This document shows positions 28,974 to 39,100 of a DNA stretch of 64,000 bases, piece after piece. How positions within the stretch are numbered: the stretch's first letter is position 1; the number at the start of each line of letters is the position of its first letter. The notes below the pieces were generated by a model. It was not told the origin of the DNA. It worked only from the letters and a program-made list of their open reading frames with translations, and made no database searches. The translations under genes and the position numbers were made by a program. Source of the DNA: Spirochaetia bacterium (GTDB lineage: Bacteria; Spirochaetota; Spirochaetia; DSM-2461); contig CAXXIA010000003.1 in assembly GCA_963666985.2 (NCBI GenBank), positions 64,001 through 128,000 of the forward strand, in the 5' to 3' direction.

Positions 28974-29989
28974 CGAAGCCCCTCCCGGCGTCTGGAGATG
29001 CGACGGCGCCATGTGTATGAAATGATGTTCAATAACAGTATGCACAGAAGCAGAACCAATGCCGAGGAGGCCGCAAGATTTCTATGAATCTCATCGGGTC
29101 TGAGCGACCATTGGAAAACCTGTGCCGGAAGAATGATGAATCTGTCGCCGAGCCCCCTGGGCGCTGCGGAAACATATTGGGATGCCCCGAGAACGATGAA
29201 CGGCGAGGCCAAACCCAGAAGGCCTGCCGAGATTCGCACGGTCTCGGCGAAAACGGCTTCAATGGACGCGGGGAGAATTTGACGGAACACGACCGTCGAC
29301 CATGAAGCGCCCAGCGCGTAGGCGGCCGTTCGGATTTCTTCAAGTACCAGATCGATTTCGCGAACCATCATCACCGTCAGCTTCGGAAGCGCGACCAAAG
29401 CCATAAGCAGAGCGGCGCTGCCGACGCTCCTGACTCCGAATCCCGGAAAAGAGTGCTCAAGCCGGCCGAAAAGAGCCAAAGCGAAGATTCCGTATAAAAC
29501 ATGCGGAACCCGCATAAATTGGTTTATTACGGCGGAAGCTATTCGCGCCGACTTGGAAACCGTTATTGAAGAATCAATCCAGAGGGCCGTCAGCAGAGCC
29601 GTGGGAAAAGATATCATCAGTCCCAGTATGAGAATCCAGAACGAACCGGCGAGAACCGCAAGCAGCCCGGTATCCTCCGGACTCGCTGAAGGTCCGGAAA
29701 ACACGAACTTAGGCGTTAATCCGAAATGAAACGAGCGTATCGCTTCGGAGCCGCAGTTTTCAAGTTCCATTCCGATTTCATCCCGATCCAGAACGGAACG
29801 AAGTAATGTCCATTGGCGAACGGGCCGTCCTTCGATACTGATGCGAGTGCCCATGGAACGGTCCGCGAGTGTTAAGACCATAAAGGTCAGGACCAGAAGA
29901 GGAACGAATGAAAAAACAATGATGAGCATCCGCAGAAACGAATCCCGGCGGCGGCGTTTATCGGAAAGGCCCGGTCCGTTTCCGTTCAT
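28970..29989 (-). CDS. pstA: Phosphate ABC transporter permease PstA
   Basis: PS..PE..G...L.GS, VP..LYGIF.L..F, EAA-like RTAAYALGAS, LPAQVFQW. Confidence 0.88.
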   Translation of the reverse strand: MNGNGPGLSDKRRRRDSFLRMLIIVFSFVPLLVLTFMVLTLADRSMGTRISIEGRPVRQWTLLRSVLDRDEIGMELENCGSEAIRSFHFGLTPKFVFSGPSASPEDTGLLAVLAGSFWILILGLMISFPTALLTALWIDSSITVSKSARIASAVINQFMRVPHVLYGIFALALFGRLEHSFPGFGVRSVGSAALLMALVALPKLTVMMVREIDLVLEEIRTAAYALGASWSTVVFRQILPASIEAVFAETVRISAGLLGLASPFIVLGASQYVSAAPRGLGDRFIILPAQVFQWSLRPDEIHRNLAASSALVLLLCILLLNIISYTWRRRISRRREGLR

Positions 29990-30860
29990 CGTAATCTCTC
30001 CGCGGAAGCGATACGTGCGACTTTGTCGCCGAGAAGGTTCAGCGAAATCGTTACCAGAAAAAGCAGGGTTCCGAAGGCGAAGATGGTATTCTGTCCTCCG
30101 GATCCGGTGCGAAGAAGAAAACCGGTGATGGTCTCCGCCGCCGCAAGAACATCATGGGTTTGTCTGGGCCGGCTCCGGCCGCCATACCGACGATAATGGA
30201 TTCACCGAGGGCCCGTGCGAACCCTAAAAGAACCGCCGAGAAAAAGCCCGGAAGAGCGTTCGGAAGAACAATACGCAGGAGCGTTTCGGCCTTCGTTGCT
30301 CCCAGGGCCATGGCCGCCGTACGGATATCCGCCTGTGTTTCCTCAAGAGCGGAGGCAAGCAGACCCGTGACATACGGTGTGAGGAAAATCCCCAAAACCA
30401 ATCCGGCCGACAGGGTGTTGTACGGCTGTACTCTTCCCTCTCCGAAAATCCCCTGAAGAAGCGGAGTAACGAACATCAGGGCGAACAGCCCGTAAATAAC
30501 GGCCGGAATGGATGATAATATTTCCTGAATGAGTCGAAACCGCCTTTTCGAATCATCGGGAGCATAATCGCTTATATAGAGGGCAAGAGCCAAAGACCAG
30601 GGAACGGCGAACAGCACGGCGATGAGGGCCGTTCGAAGCGAGGCGCCGATAAAAGCGCGGGCACCGTAGGCTCCGGTTTGGGGATTCCACGCCGCTTTGA
30701 AGAGGAACTCGCCGAAAGGAACATTCCCTTCACGGAAAAATCGTATCGCGCCTCCGGCCATAACGAACACGAGAAGAGCCAGAAGAAAGACCGAAAGCAA
30801 AGCGCCGAAACGGAGAAAAATCACTCCGATCGACGGTATGCGGAGCCGGAAGGATTTCAT
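29986..30860 (-). pseudogene. pstC: Phosphate ABC transporter permease PstC; one apparent frameshift near 30160 (probably sequencing error)
   Basis: EILSSIPAVIYGLF, AAMALGATK.ET, ARALGES. The alternate frame resumes AETITGF...FAFGTLLFLVTISLN and stops at a TGA overlapping the pstA ATG. Confidence 0.88.
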
Positions 30861-30864
30861 GGCT

Positions 30865-31751
30865 TTATTGATCCTCTTCCAAAGACGAGAGCACCCGTAA
30901 ACCGTCCGCGATGACTTTATTGGAAGGAGGCAGAAATCCCGGAGGTTTATCTCCGGCGGCGACCGATTCCAAAACGAATCGAACGAAATCCTCCGCTATA
31001 ACGGATGTTTTTTCATCCGCGGCGTCGAAATAAAGATACAAAGGTCTGGATAAAGGATAATCGGAGCCGTCCTCGGGCAGGAATCCATCGATACTCAGTA
31101 TCGTCAGCTCATCTTTTCGATCCGCATAATACGAATAACCGAAAAAAACCCAAGGCCCACGGATCCCCGAGAAGTCCCTGAACGAGAACATGATCATCCT
31201 CGGAAAGCTGCAGGCCGGAAGAAGAGAGGATGGAGCCGGCAAATCCGCTGAAAAGAGTCGAAACGATAAAGTCGAACGTCCCCGAGTCCTGTCCCGGATA
31301 ATATTTTTCTATGGGTTCGTCCGGCCATTCAAGACGAACTTCGCCCCACGTATCGGATGTAAGGAGCTTCGGCAATTCCGCCATGGAGACATCATCGGAA
31401 ACGCCTCCTCCCGTACACACGGCAACGGCATCCATGGCCACGACAATCCCTACGGTTTCTTTCCCGAGCGATATCGCTTCCATTTTTTCTTTCATCGTCA
31501 TCGCCCGCGAGGCCGAAACCACATCACATTCATTATGAAGATATCGGCGGATTCCGGCACCGGAGCCGATGGAATCCAAAGAGACGGTTCCCTCAAATCC
31601 CGATTGCACATACTTATCGAGCATGATTTCAATCAACGGCGCCAGAGTCGAGGAACCGGAAACGGAAAAAACCTTTTGAGCGCTCTTCCCTAAAACAGGA
31701 CGTGGTCAAACAAACAAAAAAAGTTAGGATAAACAAAATATAAGTACGCAT
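30865..31751 (-). pseudogene. pstS: Phosphate-binding lipoprotein PstS; two apparent frameshifts at A/T runs (~31715 and ~31145)
   Basis: Joined frames give a signal peptide with LTTSC, then SGSSTLAP, GSGAG, ASR, SGTFDF, GFFGYSY, YPLSRPLY. Confidence 0.88.
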
Positions 31752-31768
31752 GGAGACTCCAAATAATC

Positions 31769-31816
31769 AGTCTACGATGATTGCTGGGTGTGAGGGTTAT
31801 GTTAACCGAATGTTAA
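31769..31816 (-). promoter_or_regulatory. Pho-box-like direct repeats and -10 element upstream of pstS
   Basis: Minus strand TTAACAT-N4-TTAACAT-N4-CTCACAC (11-bp period), then TAGACT 13 bp downstream. Confidence 0.6.
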
Positions 31817-31899
31817 TTTAAGATGAGCAATCGATGCTGCCCCGCAAAAATCCTCCTCATTCCTGATTTTTCCACTTATTCATGTCCCATAGATACTTG

Positions 31900-32006
31900 A
31901 GGCGATTTCAAAAATCAATGATTTTTGAAATGAAGCTCTTCCGAACGGATTCGGAGTAATTTCGGCCGCCGCCGACAAACAATTTCATGAATTAGTTAAA
32001 GTATCT
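31900..32006. repeat. ~107-bp structured dispersed repeat, copy 2
   Basis: AGGCGATTTCAAAAATCAATGATTTTTGAAATG ... ATTTCGGCC ... CAATTTCAT, colinear with 22561-22667. Confidence 0.7.
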
Positions 32007-32109
32007 TCTTAAAGCTTAATGCTTAAAACTTAGTGTTCCGATTCGCCGCTCTTTCGGCCCGGCGGTGAAATTCAATCTTCCGCATGATTTCCCTGCCGCT
32101 TAGGCTATA

Positions 32110-33724
32110 ATGGGCCACATGGAAGCCGATCATCCCGAACTCCACGGTTTTTCCCTGCGTTACATGGACGGATGGGCCGTGCTCATCGTACCGCCGAAAT
32201 CGGAACGTTCAAGACCTGTCTACGCCGACGACATCTCGGCGCGGATGAAAATACTGAATATTCCCTCCGTACCGGCCAAAATGATACGAAACATCATTGC
32301 GGAGGGAACAGGCAAGCCCGTTCCTCTTGTGAAATGGGCCGCCGGAGCCTCCCTGAACGCCCGGATGACGGTTACCGTGGATGAAGACGGGATGAAAGCT
32401 TATGCCGACGTAATTCCGGCAAAACCCGGCGGAGCTTCATTAAGTCCGAATACCGTTAAGGCCGCACTGGAGGACGCCGGAGTATCCAGAGGGCTGAAAA
32501 GGGATTGCTATCGATAATATTCTCGCCTACCCCGTAGCCGCCGAGAATATTCTTATCGCCGAAGGGAAAGCCGCGAAGAACGGCCGGACGCGGCGGACAG
32601 AATGCCGATTCGTAACCGAACGGGGTAAACCCTGGAAAGAAGCCCTCCGGCGGACGGATTGATTTGAAGGACCTTCATTTCATTCAGAACAGGAAAGCCG
32701 GAGATCTTCTGGCCCGCATCGTACCCGCCGTTCCCTCCGAAGACGGATATAATGTCTTCGGAGAAGTGATTGAAGCCGAAGAACCCGTTCAGGAAATTCT
32801 TTTGGAAGCCGGTGAGGGAGTTCGTGCGGACGAAGACGGATTGACGGCCGAAATCGACGGAAACGTCCTCATCATCGACGGAGCCGTATGCGTTGAGCCG
32901 TCGGTAAACGTGAAAAACGTCGATTATTCAACGGGAAACATCGAATTCGACGGTTCGGTTTGCATCGAAGGGACCGTGGCCGACGGATTCACCGTCAAGG
33001 CCGAAGGAGAAATTCTTGTCGGGAAAACCGTCGGACGCGGACGTTTATCCGCCGGAAGAAACTTGGTGCTTCAGGCCGGAGTGGTGGGCGACGGTGAAGG
33101 ACACTGCGAGGCGGCGGCAGTCTGTACGCCAAATTCATTGAAAACGCAAAACCTCCGTCGCGGGAGACCTGATTGTAACCGAAGCCGTACTTCACTCCGA
33201 AAACGAAGTGGATGGAAACATGGTGCTCGACGAAGGCCGCGGAGAAATCGTCGGAGGCATCACCGTTCTCGGCGGAAACCTTACCTGTAAAAAAATCGGG
33301 GAATATTTACGCAGGACAAACCCGAATTTACATCGGCTGTCCGCCGGAAAAGCTCCGTTCGTATCATGAACTCGGCACGCGGCTTAAAGCGACCCGTGAA
33401 GAAACCGATGAACTGGAACGTCAGCTCGACTATCTCCGCTCGAAGAATGGAGCGAAAGAAGAAATCATGACTTTGGAGCGGGGAATCGGCGCGCGTTTGG
33501 AGGCATTGAAGGAACAAGCGGCGCGTCTGAAAGCGTTAAAGGAAAGTATTAAGGCGCCGGACGGAATCACCGTAACCGTTAAGGATCGAATCTATCCGGG
33601 AGCCGTTCTCTCATTCGGACTGGAAGAATACCCGTTGGGCGATAAGGGACTGGAACGGGCGGTTCTTCAGCGCAAAGGCGGACGAACCGTGATGCACGGA
33701 TATACGCCGGCAAAGGAAACATAA
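32110..33724 (+). pseudogene. fapA: FapA/DUF342 (flagellar assembly protein A) family; about 5 apparent frameshifts
   Basis: Pieces across frames: VDEDGMKAY, LIAEGK...NG, GRIDLKDL, VDYSTGNIEFDGSV.IEG.V..GF.VKA.G, AKFIENA, GEIVGG, IYPG; shifts near 32505, 32648, 33112, 33152 and 33298. Confidence 0.82.
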
Positions 33725-33823
33725 TAATCGAAACACATCAGAAGACAAAGGAGATTGGGCCCTACCACGATCGAAGAGATTCGATTCCAGGACGATTGTT
33801 CGAAATACAGCACCGCCGACAGC

Positions 33824-35972
33824 CTATTTTCGGTGCTTTATCTTCGTCGGTTCCCCAATGTACAAGAAGGTCCGTTTCGCAATGCTTGTTCCGTTCCAAA
33901 GTTTTTTCAAGAACGGCATAATCCAGTAATCCAGTCCGAAAGATTTGCCCGCGCCGCCCAGGAACGCTAAAGCCGCCGCCATATACCAGAAAATGGACGC
34001 ATCCGTCATCGCGCCGACAATGAGCATGATGCTGAAAACGAAGGATGCCGCCGCGGCCAGCCAGGTGAAAGCCCCGCCGATGAGCGCCAATCCGATAAGA
34101 ATCTCGAATACAACAATACCCGACTGAAAAAAGTGCGGAGCCAAGTTCACGGTATGCTGCGCCGCCCAGACATAAATGCCGAGGGGATTATCGAGGAGGG
34201 CACTCCCTCCGGAAACATGCCCGGCCGCTTCGACCGTCGCCGATGCCACCGCATCCGCGGCGTCCGCGACATGCGCGGCCGCAGAAGCAACCTGTGTTGC
34301 ACTTTCCGCGACGGCTTCGGATGCCGCGCTTACGGCATCGGCTCCACCATGGACGGCGCTCCGACGGCCTCCCAGCCACCCCCGACCACCGCATCCGCGG
34401 CGTCCGCGACATGCGCGGCCGCAGAAGCAACCTGTGTTGCACTTTCCGCGACGGCTTCGGATGCCGCGCTTACGGCATCGGCTCCACCATGGACGGCGGC
34501 TCCGACGGCCTGAGATGCCGCCGCGCTTCCCTCGGCGGCAACAGAAGCGCCGCTCACGGCATCGCCGCCCTGCGACCGGAACACTGACGAAATCATTCGC
34601 GCGATCCAGCCATCCGCCGAGCGCCTTCTTTATTCCTTGTATTAGCCACATCGTCCCGACATACATCCGCAGAGGCACAAGCCAATAGTTCGGAGTTTTC
34701 CAAGCGGCAAATCCCCCGATGAGGGACCGGTTGTTCCGGATATCAAGGATTTCATGCTTCAGATAGGCCCATACACCGTTCAGACCGACAACCCCGACTT
34801 GGTAGTAGAGATTAACCACGTGTTTCAGGGCCACGGCGAAGAATCCCGAGAGGGAGATGCCTCCGGTATGCGACACGGCGTATTTACTGCCGATGGAAAC
34901 CATGAAGCCGTGGTAGCGGCCCTTGTATTCGACTTCCCGGGCTTTTTTCCCGCGTCCCTCGGACTTTTCGAGAGCATCGATGATGTTGTGAGCGGCGGTT
35001 TCGGCGGTTTGCTCGGCCGCCTCAACAATCTGAGGATTCGGCCGTTCGTTCTCCAAAATCCAAACACCGTCTCCGGCAAGAAAGACGTTATCCCGTCCGG
35101 GGCTCCGCATGGTCCGATCCGCTTCCATGCGGCCGGCTTTGCCCGCCTTCAAATCCAGGCATCCCAGGAAAGAGCTGCCTTTCACTCCGCAAGTCCAAAC
35201 AAGAGTGGCCGCTTCCAGAGACGTTCCGTCTTTAAAATGGAACGCGCCTTCCTCGGCCTTGACGATCAGGGCATTCGTGCGGATCTCAACACCCTTTTTC
35301 TCCATATAGCGCGCGGCTTTCGCTCTCTGCTCCTCGGGAAGCATATCAAGGATATGTCCCAAAGCCTCGACGTTATAGATGGCCACCTCGTCTTCCGAAA
35401 GGTCGTATTTCCGGCATAAAGTCGGAAGGAACTCGATTAACTCACCCACCAGTTCCACACCGGTAAACCCGGCGCCTGCCACGGCAACGGTCATCAGTTT
35501 CCTGCGCTCGGCCGGATCGGGTTCCAATGAAGCCTCCTGAAATTTCGCTCAAGGGTCCCGCGAATCAAAGCGCGTCGTCAAGAGACCATAGGGATAACGT
35601 AAAATCCCGGATGCCCGGAATCCCGAAGTCGGCGGGTTCGCCGCCCGTCGATATAAGCACATAGTCGTAGGGATAGCGGCCGATGAATCCTTTAGCCTCG
35701 TTCGCCTCAAAATTCACACCGGTAATCTCGTCATGGATTACATTCACCCGAGTTCCTGAAAAAATTCGGTCATAGCTGATTTTCACCGAAGCCTGGGGCA
35801 CCCGGTCTCCGGCAATCTCATGAAGTTCGGTCATCAGAGTGTGGAACCGATTCTTGTCGACCAGCGTAATCTCCACATCCTTATCTTTCCGGTATTTTCG
35901 ATGGAGCGTTTTCGCCGCCTTGACGCCCGCATAACCTCCGCCAATAATCAGAATCCTTTTTCTCGGTGCCAT
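33824..35972 (-). pseudogene. ndh: Type II NADH dehydrogenase fused to a C-terminal DoxX-like membrane domain (Listeria Ndh2-like); frameshifts at ~35555, ~34569 and ~34358, probably sequencing errors
   Basis: ILIIGGGYAG, HTLMTELHE, VAGAGFTGVELVGEL, WTCGV, AGD, PQIVEAAEQTA, GFMVSIG; then PLRMYVG.MWL..G..K...GW and EILIGLALIGG.FTWLAA...GAGKSFGLDYW membrane domain. Confidence 0.88.
34246..34511. repeat. Near-perfect tandem duplication inside ndh (period 140 bp as read; 141 bp or 47 codons if one G is restored)
   Basis: 34246-34370 and 34386-34511 are identical except for one G missing at ~34358. Confidence 0.92.
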
Positions 35973-35998
35973 TGCTTTTTCCTTCGATTTTTTGTTTC

Positions 35999-36982
35999 TC
36001 ATCGATCACGATTTCCCAGTGTCGCCGCAAGATCCGCCAGAGCATCTTTCGCCGCACCATTCGGTAGCGCTTCGGTGCACATAATCGCGCGCCGTGTGTA
36101 ATCCTCGACATATGTCAGAGCCGCCGCCGCCCCGCCCACCTCAACAACGCGGCGGCGAATTTTCGCGGAACGCCTTTTCGACAAAGGTTTATCCAGAATC
36201 CCCTCGAATTTTTCAGGATTCCGCCGGACCGCCAAAATAAGCGGCAGGGTGGCGATGCCGTCACCCGAATCCTTGCCGACGGGTTTTCCCAAAGCCTCCG
36301 GACTCCCGCCGTAATCAAGGATGTCGTCGAGAATCTGAAATCCCATTCCCAGAGCGTAGCCGTAACTCCTCATCGCTCCGCAGACGGAGTCCGAACTTTC
36401 GCCGACCCGCGCCCCCGCATATGCGGCCATAAGAAAGAGCGACGCTGTTTTTCCGGCGGCCTTTCTCTTGTAGCTCCTTAATCCCGAACCTTTCGCGGGA
36501 ACGAGGATTAATTCGGATTCACAGAGTCTCCCGACGCCTGCAGAGAGAAGACGCGCCGATTCCGGAGAAGCAAAATCCGCGACAAGCCCAAAACAGCGTG
36601 TCAGTACGTAGTCTCCGGCCAATACCGCTTTCTTAACCCCGTGTGCCGTATGGAGAGTCGCAACACCTCGGCGCATGGGTGATGAATCGACGATATCATC
36701 GTGGATCAGGGAGGCCAAATGAAGAAGTTCAAGAGCGGAGGCCGCACGATAAGTCTTCTCGGCATCGAACTCGCCGAGCCTGGCTCCCAGTATAAGCAAG
36801 GTTGACCGAAGCATCTTTCCCGGGCTTTCCAGCAGAGAAGCCAGATCGCCGCCAAGTAGAGCCGGATCCGGGGATACGGTATTTTTAATCAGTCTGCGGA
36901 CCTCCGCGATATCATGTTCCAGATATGGATGCCGCAAGCGGAATTCGTCGATTGTATTGGAAGAAATCTTTTTAATAGTCAT
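35999..36982 (-). CDS. Polyprenyl diphosphate synthase (HepT/DmkB-like)
   Basis: GKMLR, ELLHLASLIHDDIVD...RRG, GKTASLF, FQILDDILD, GKPVGKD..G..TLP. Confidence 0.93.
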   Translation of the reverse strand: MTIKKISSNTIDEFRLRHPYLEHDIAEVRRLIKNTVSPDPALLGGDLASLLESPGKMLRSTLLILGARLGEFDAEKTYRAASALELLHLASLIHDDIVDSSPMRRGVATLHTAHGVKKAVLAGDYVLTRCFGLVADFASPESARLLSAGVGRLCESELILVPAKGSGLRSYKRKAAGKTASLFLMAAYAGARVGESSDSVCGAMRSYGYALGMGFQILDDILDYGGSPEALGKPVGKDSGDGIATLPLILAVRRNPEKFEGILDKPLSKRRSAKIRRRVVEVGGAAAALTYVEDYTRRAIMCTEALPNGAAKDALADLAATLGNRDR

Positions 36983-37101
36983 CCGTTAATTCTCCGAATC
37001 GACCCCTCTTAATATTAGCGTTTTACTATTATTTTAACACATCGAAGGATGAAAATACCCAAAATATCGGCCGATTTCAAGAAATGTTTCGGTATCGAGG
37101 G

Positions 37102-38022
37102 TTAATCCGCAAAAAGCTGCCGGGTATAAACAATGCCGATAAGAAGCATTGAGGCCAGAGCGAGAGTGAATGCAAGGAAAATACGCGAAATCCCCTGCAT
37201 GGAAATCCCTTTGGTCTCATGAGAGAATCCATTGCGATGCATCACGGAAAATTCCCGAACCGCGAAGCCGAAGAACGGTATGATAACAGCGGGGCTCCAA
37301 ATCGGAACCGGACCGAAAAGACCCGGGATTAACGGAAAAAGGAACGCCACCGCCGCTTCGGAGGCCGCGATGGCTTCACCGATTCGGCGTCCGACCATCA
37401 CTGAAAGGGTTTTCCTTCCCGCGGCGCGATCGCCGACGATATCGCAGGTATTGTTCACCGTAAGAACGGACGCAATGGCGAATGAAGAAGGGAGTGAGGC
37501 CATGAACACCGCCGAGTCGGGCCGGCCCGCTTGAACGTACCAAATAATGAGGAAAAAGGCCGATCCCAAAGTACCGCCTGCGAAAAACTCGCCCAAGGGC
37601 GTTCCCGAAAGGGGATGCCGACCTCCGTTGTAGAAATAACCCACTGCCATACAGCCGGCGCCTGCCGCCGCAACGGGCCATCCCGACAGGAACGCAAGCG
37701 CCAAGCCCAAAGGCACGGCCATGGCGAAAAGGCCGATTGAAACGAGCAGGGCCCAACCCCAAGGAACCCCTTCATGGACAACGACCTTGGACGCTTCTCT
37801 GTTATATGCCGGATCGTCCACGCCTCTACGGAAATCGAAATACGTGTTGAACGCCGTTGTCCCCATATCCACCAGAAGGGCGGCGATCAGCAATAAAGCC
37901 GCACGAACCGGTTCAATTCCGCCGGTTCGAAGCACGACATACAGACTTCCCAGAACATACGTGGAAATCGAGACAATCTTCGTCCGAATCTCGACGACCG
38001 ATAGAAATTGTCTTAAAGTCAT
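37102..38022 (-). CDS. menA: UbiA-family prenyltransferase, MenA/DmkA-like
   Basis: FL..VEIRTK, N.YFDF.RG.D, Y..G..P.S..PLGE, NNTCDI..D...GR.TL; multi-pass membrane protein. Confidence 0.85.
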   Translation of the reverse strand: MTLRQFLSVVEIRTKIVSISTYVLGSLYVVLRTGGIEPVRAALLLIAALLVDMGTTAFNTYFDFRRGVDDPAYNREASKVVVHEGVPWGWALLVSIGLFAMAVPLGLALAFLSGWPVAAAGAGCMAVGYFYNGGRHPLSGTPLGEFFAGGTLGSAFFLIIWYVQAGRPDSAVFMASLPSSFAIASVLTVNNTCDIVGDRAAGRKTLSVMVGRRIGEAIAASEAAVAFLFPLIPGLFGPVPIWSPAVIIPFFGFAVREFSVMHRNGFSHETKGISMQGISRIFLAFTLALASMLLIGIVYTRQLFAD

Positions 38023-38261
38023 TGCCAAAATCGCTTCACCTTTGCCCCTGCCGCTCTCCCATAAATTCCTTCCGGAAGCGGCGAGCGAAAAAAACGGCCA
38101 AATCGGAATAATCCTACTGAAATATGAAACACTTTCTCTTCTCTTGTAAAATGACCGGATTATCTATTACTATTTTAGTATTATTATATTTATGGTAATA
38201 TTTCAATCCGGCGTTGTTTCCCACAGAATTAGGAAGCGACGGACATAATGAGGAGATTACG

Positions 38262-39068
38262 ATGAAAAAACTGATTTTCGTTACACTGGTTCTGTTCGCG
38301 GCGGTTTCGGCATTCGCCGGAAATTGGACGGACGGATTATATTTCGCGCAAGACGACGCCTTCGGCCGAACCGGCTGGAAATCCAACGTTACATTGGAAG
38401 TCCGCAACGGACGCATCAGAAGCGCCGTCTGGAACGGAACGAAAATCAACGGCGGGATGGATAAAATATCGGCTTCCGAAGCCGGACGGTATCCGATGGT
38501 TCAGCAAGGCGGTGCCCGTGACGATTGGCACATCCAGGCGAAACGCGTACAGAACCACCTCCTGAAGACTCAGGATCCTACCCAGATTTCCTATTCCGAC
38601 GCAGAGGGTCATACCGACGCCATCTCGGGCGCCACCATCCACGTCAGAGAGTTCTTCATTCTGGCTCAGAAAGCCCTGGCCGCGGGACCTGTGGATCGCG
38701 GTCCATATCGGGACGGTTACTTCCAGGCGGAAGAGGCGGTTTTCTCGCAGCAGAGCGGCTGGAAATCCTTCGCCCAATTCACCGTGGTAAACGGCACCGT
38801 CGTCCAGGTAAACTGGAACGGTTTCCACAAAGACGGCGGAGAAAGCAAGAAAATCGTATCCCAAAACGGTGAATACGGGATGATGGCCAATGGCGGCGCT
38901 CAAGCCGAATGGCATGTCCAGGCAAACAATGTGGAAGAATATTATCTCCGTACCGGCGGCCGGCCGCCCAGATTCCCGGATAACTACCACACCGATGCGA
39001 TTTCCGGTGCCACGATTGGGGTTAAACCCCTTTACGCTCTGGCCGAACAAGCTCTTCGCCGGCGATAA
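38262..39068 (+). CDS. Exported protein with two FMN-binding (flavinylation) domains, PplA-like
   Basis: Signal peptide AVSAFA|G without Cys; two ~130-aa repeats (DG.Y.A...F...GW, V.NG....V.WNG, Y.M...G....W..QA), each ending DAISGATI (38616-38636 and 38994-39014). Confidence 0.9.
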   Translation: MKKLIFVTLVLFAAVSAFAGNWTDGLYFAQDDAFGRTGWKSNVTLEVRNGRIRSAVWNGTKINGGMDKISASEAGRYPMVQQGGARDDWHIQAKRVQNHLLKTQDPTQISYSDAEGHTDAISGATIHVREFFILAQKALAAGPVDRGPYRDGYFQAEEAVFSQQSGWKSFAQFTVVNGTVVQVNWNGFHKDGGESKKIVSQNGEYGMMANGGAQAEWHVQANNVEEYYLRTGGRPPRFPDNYHTDAISGATIGVKPLYALAEQALRRR

Positions 39069-39100
39069 GGAGTACTATTCGATTCCAAGAATCTTCCATA

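Noticed and set aside
30865..31751. Programmed frameshifting or phase variation in pstS
   Set aside because: The runs are only about 7 bases and neighbouring unrelated genes show the same indels; sequencing error is more parsimonious.
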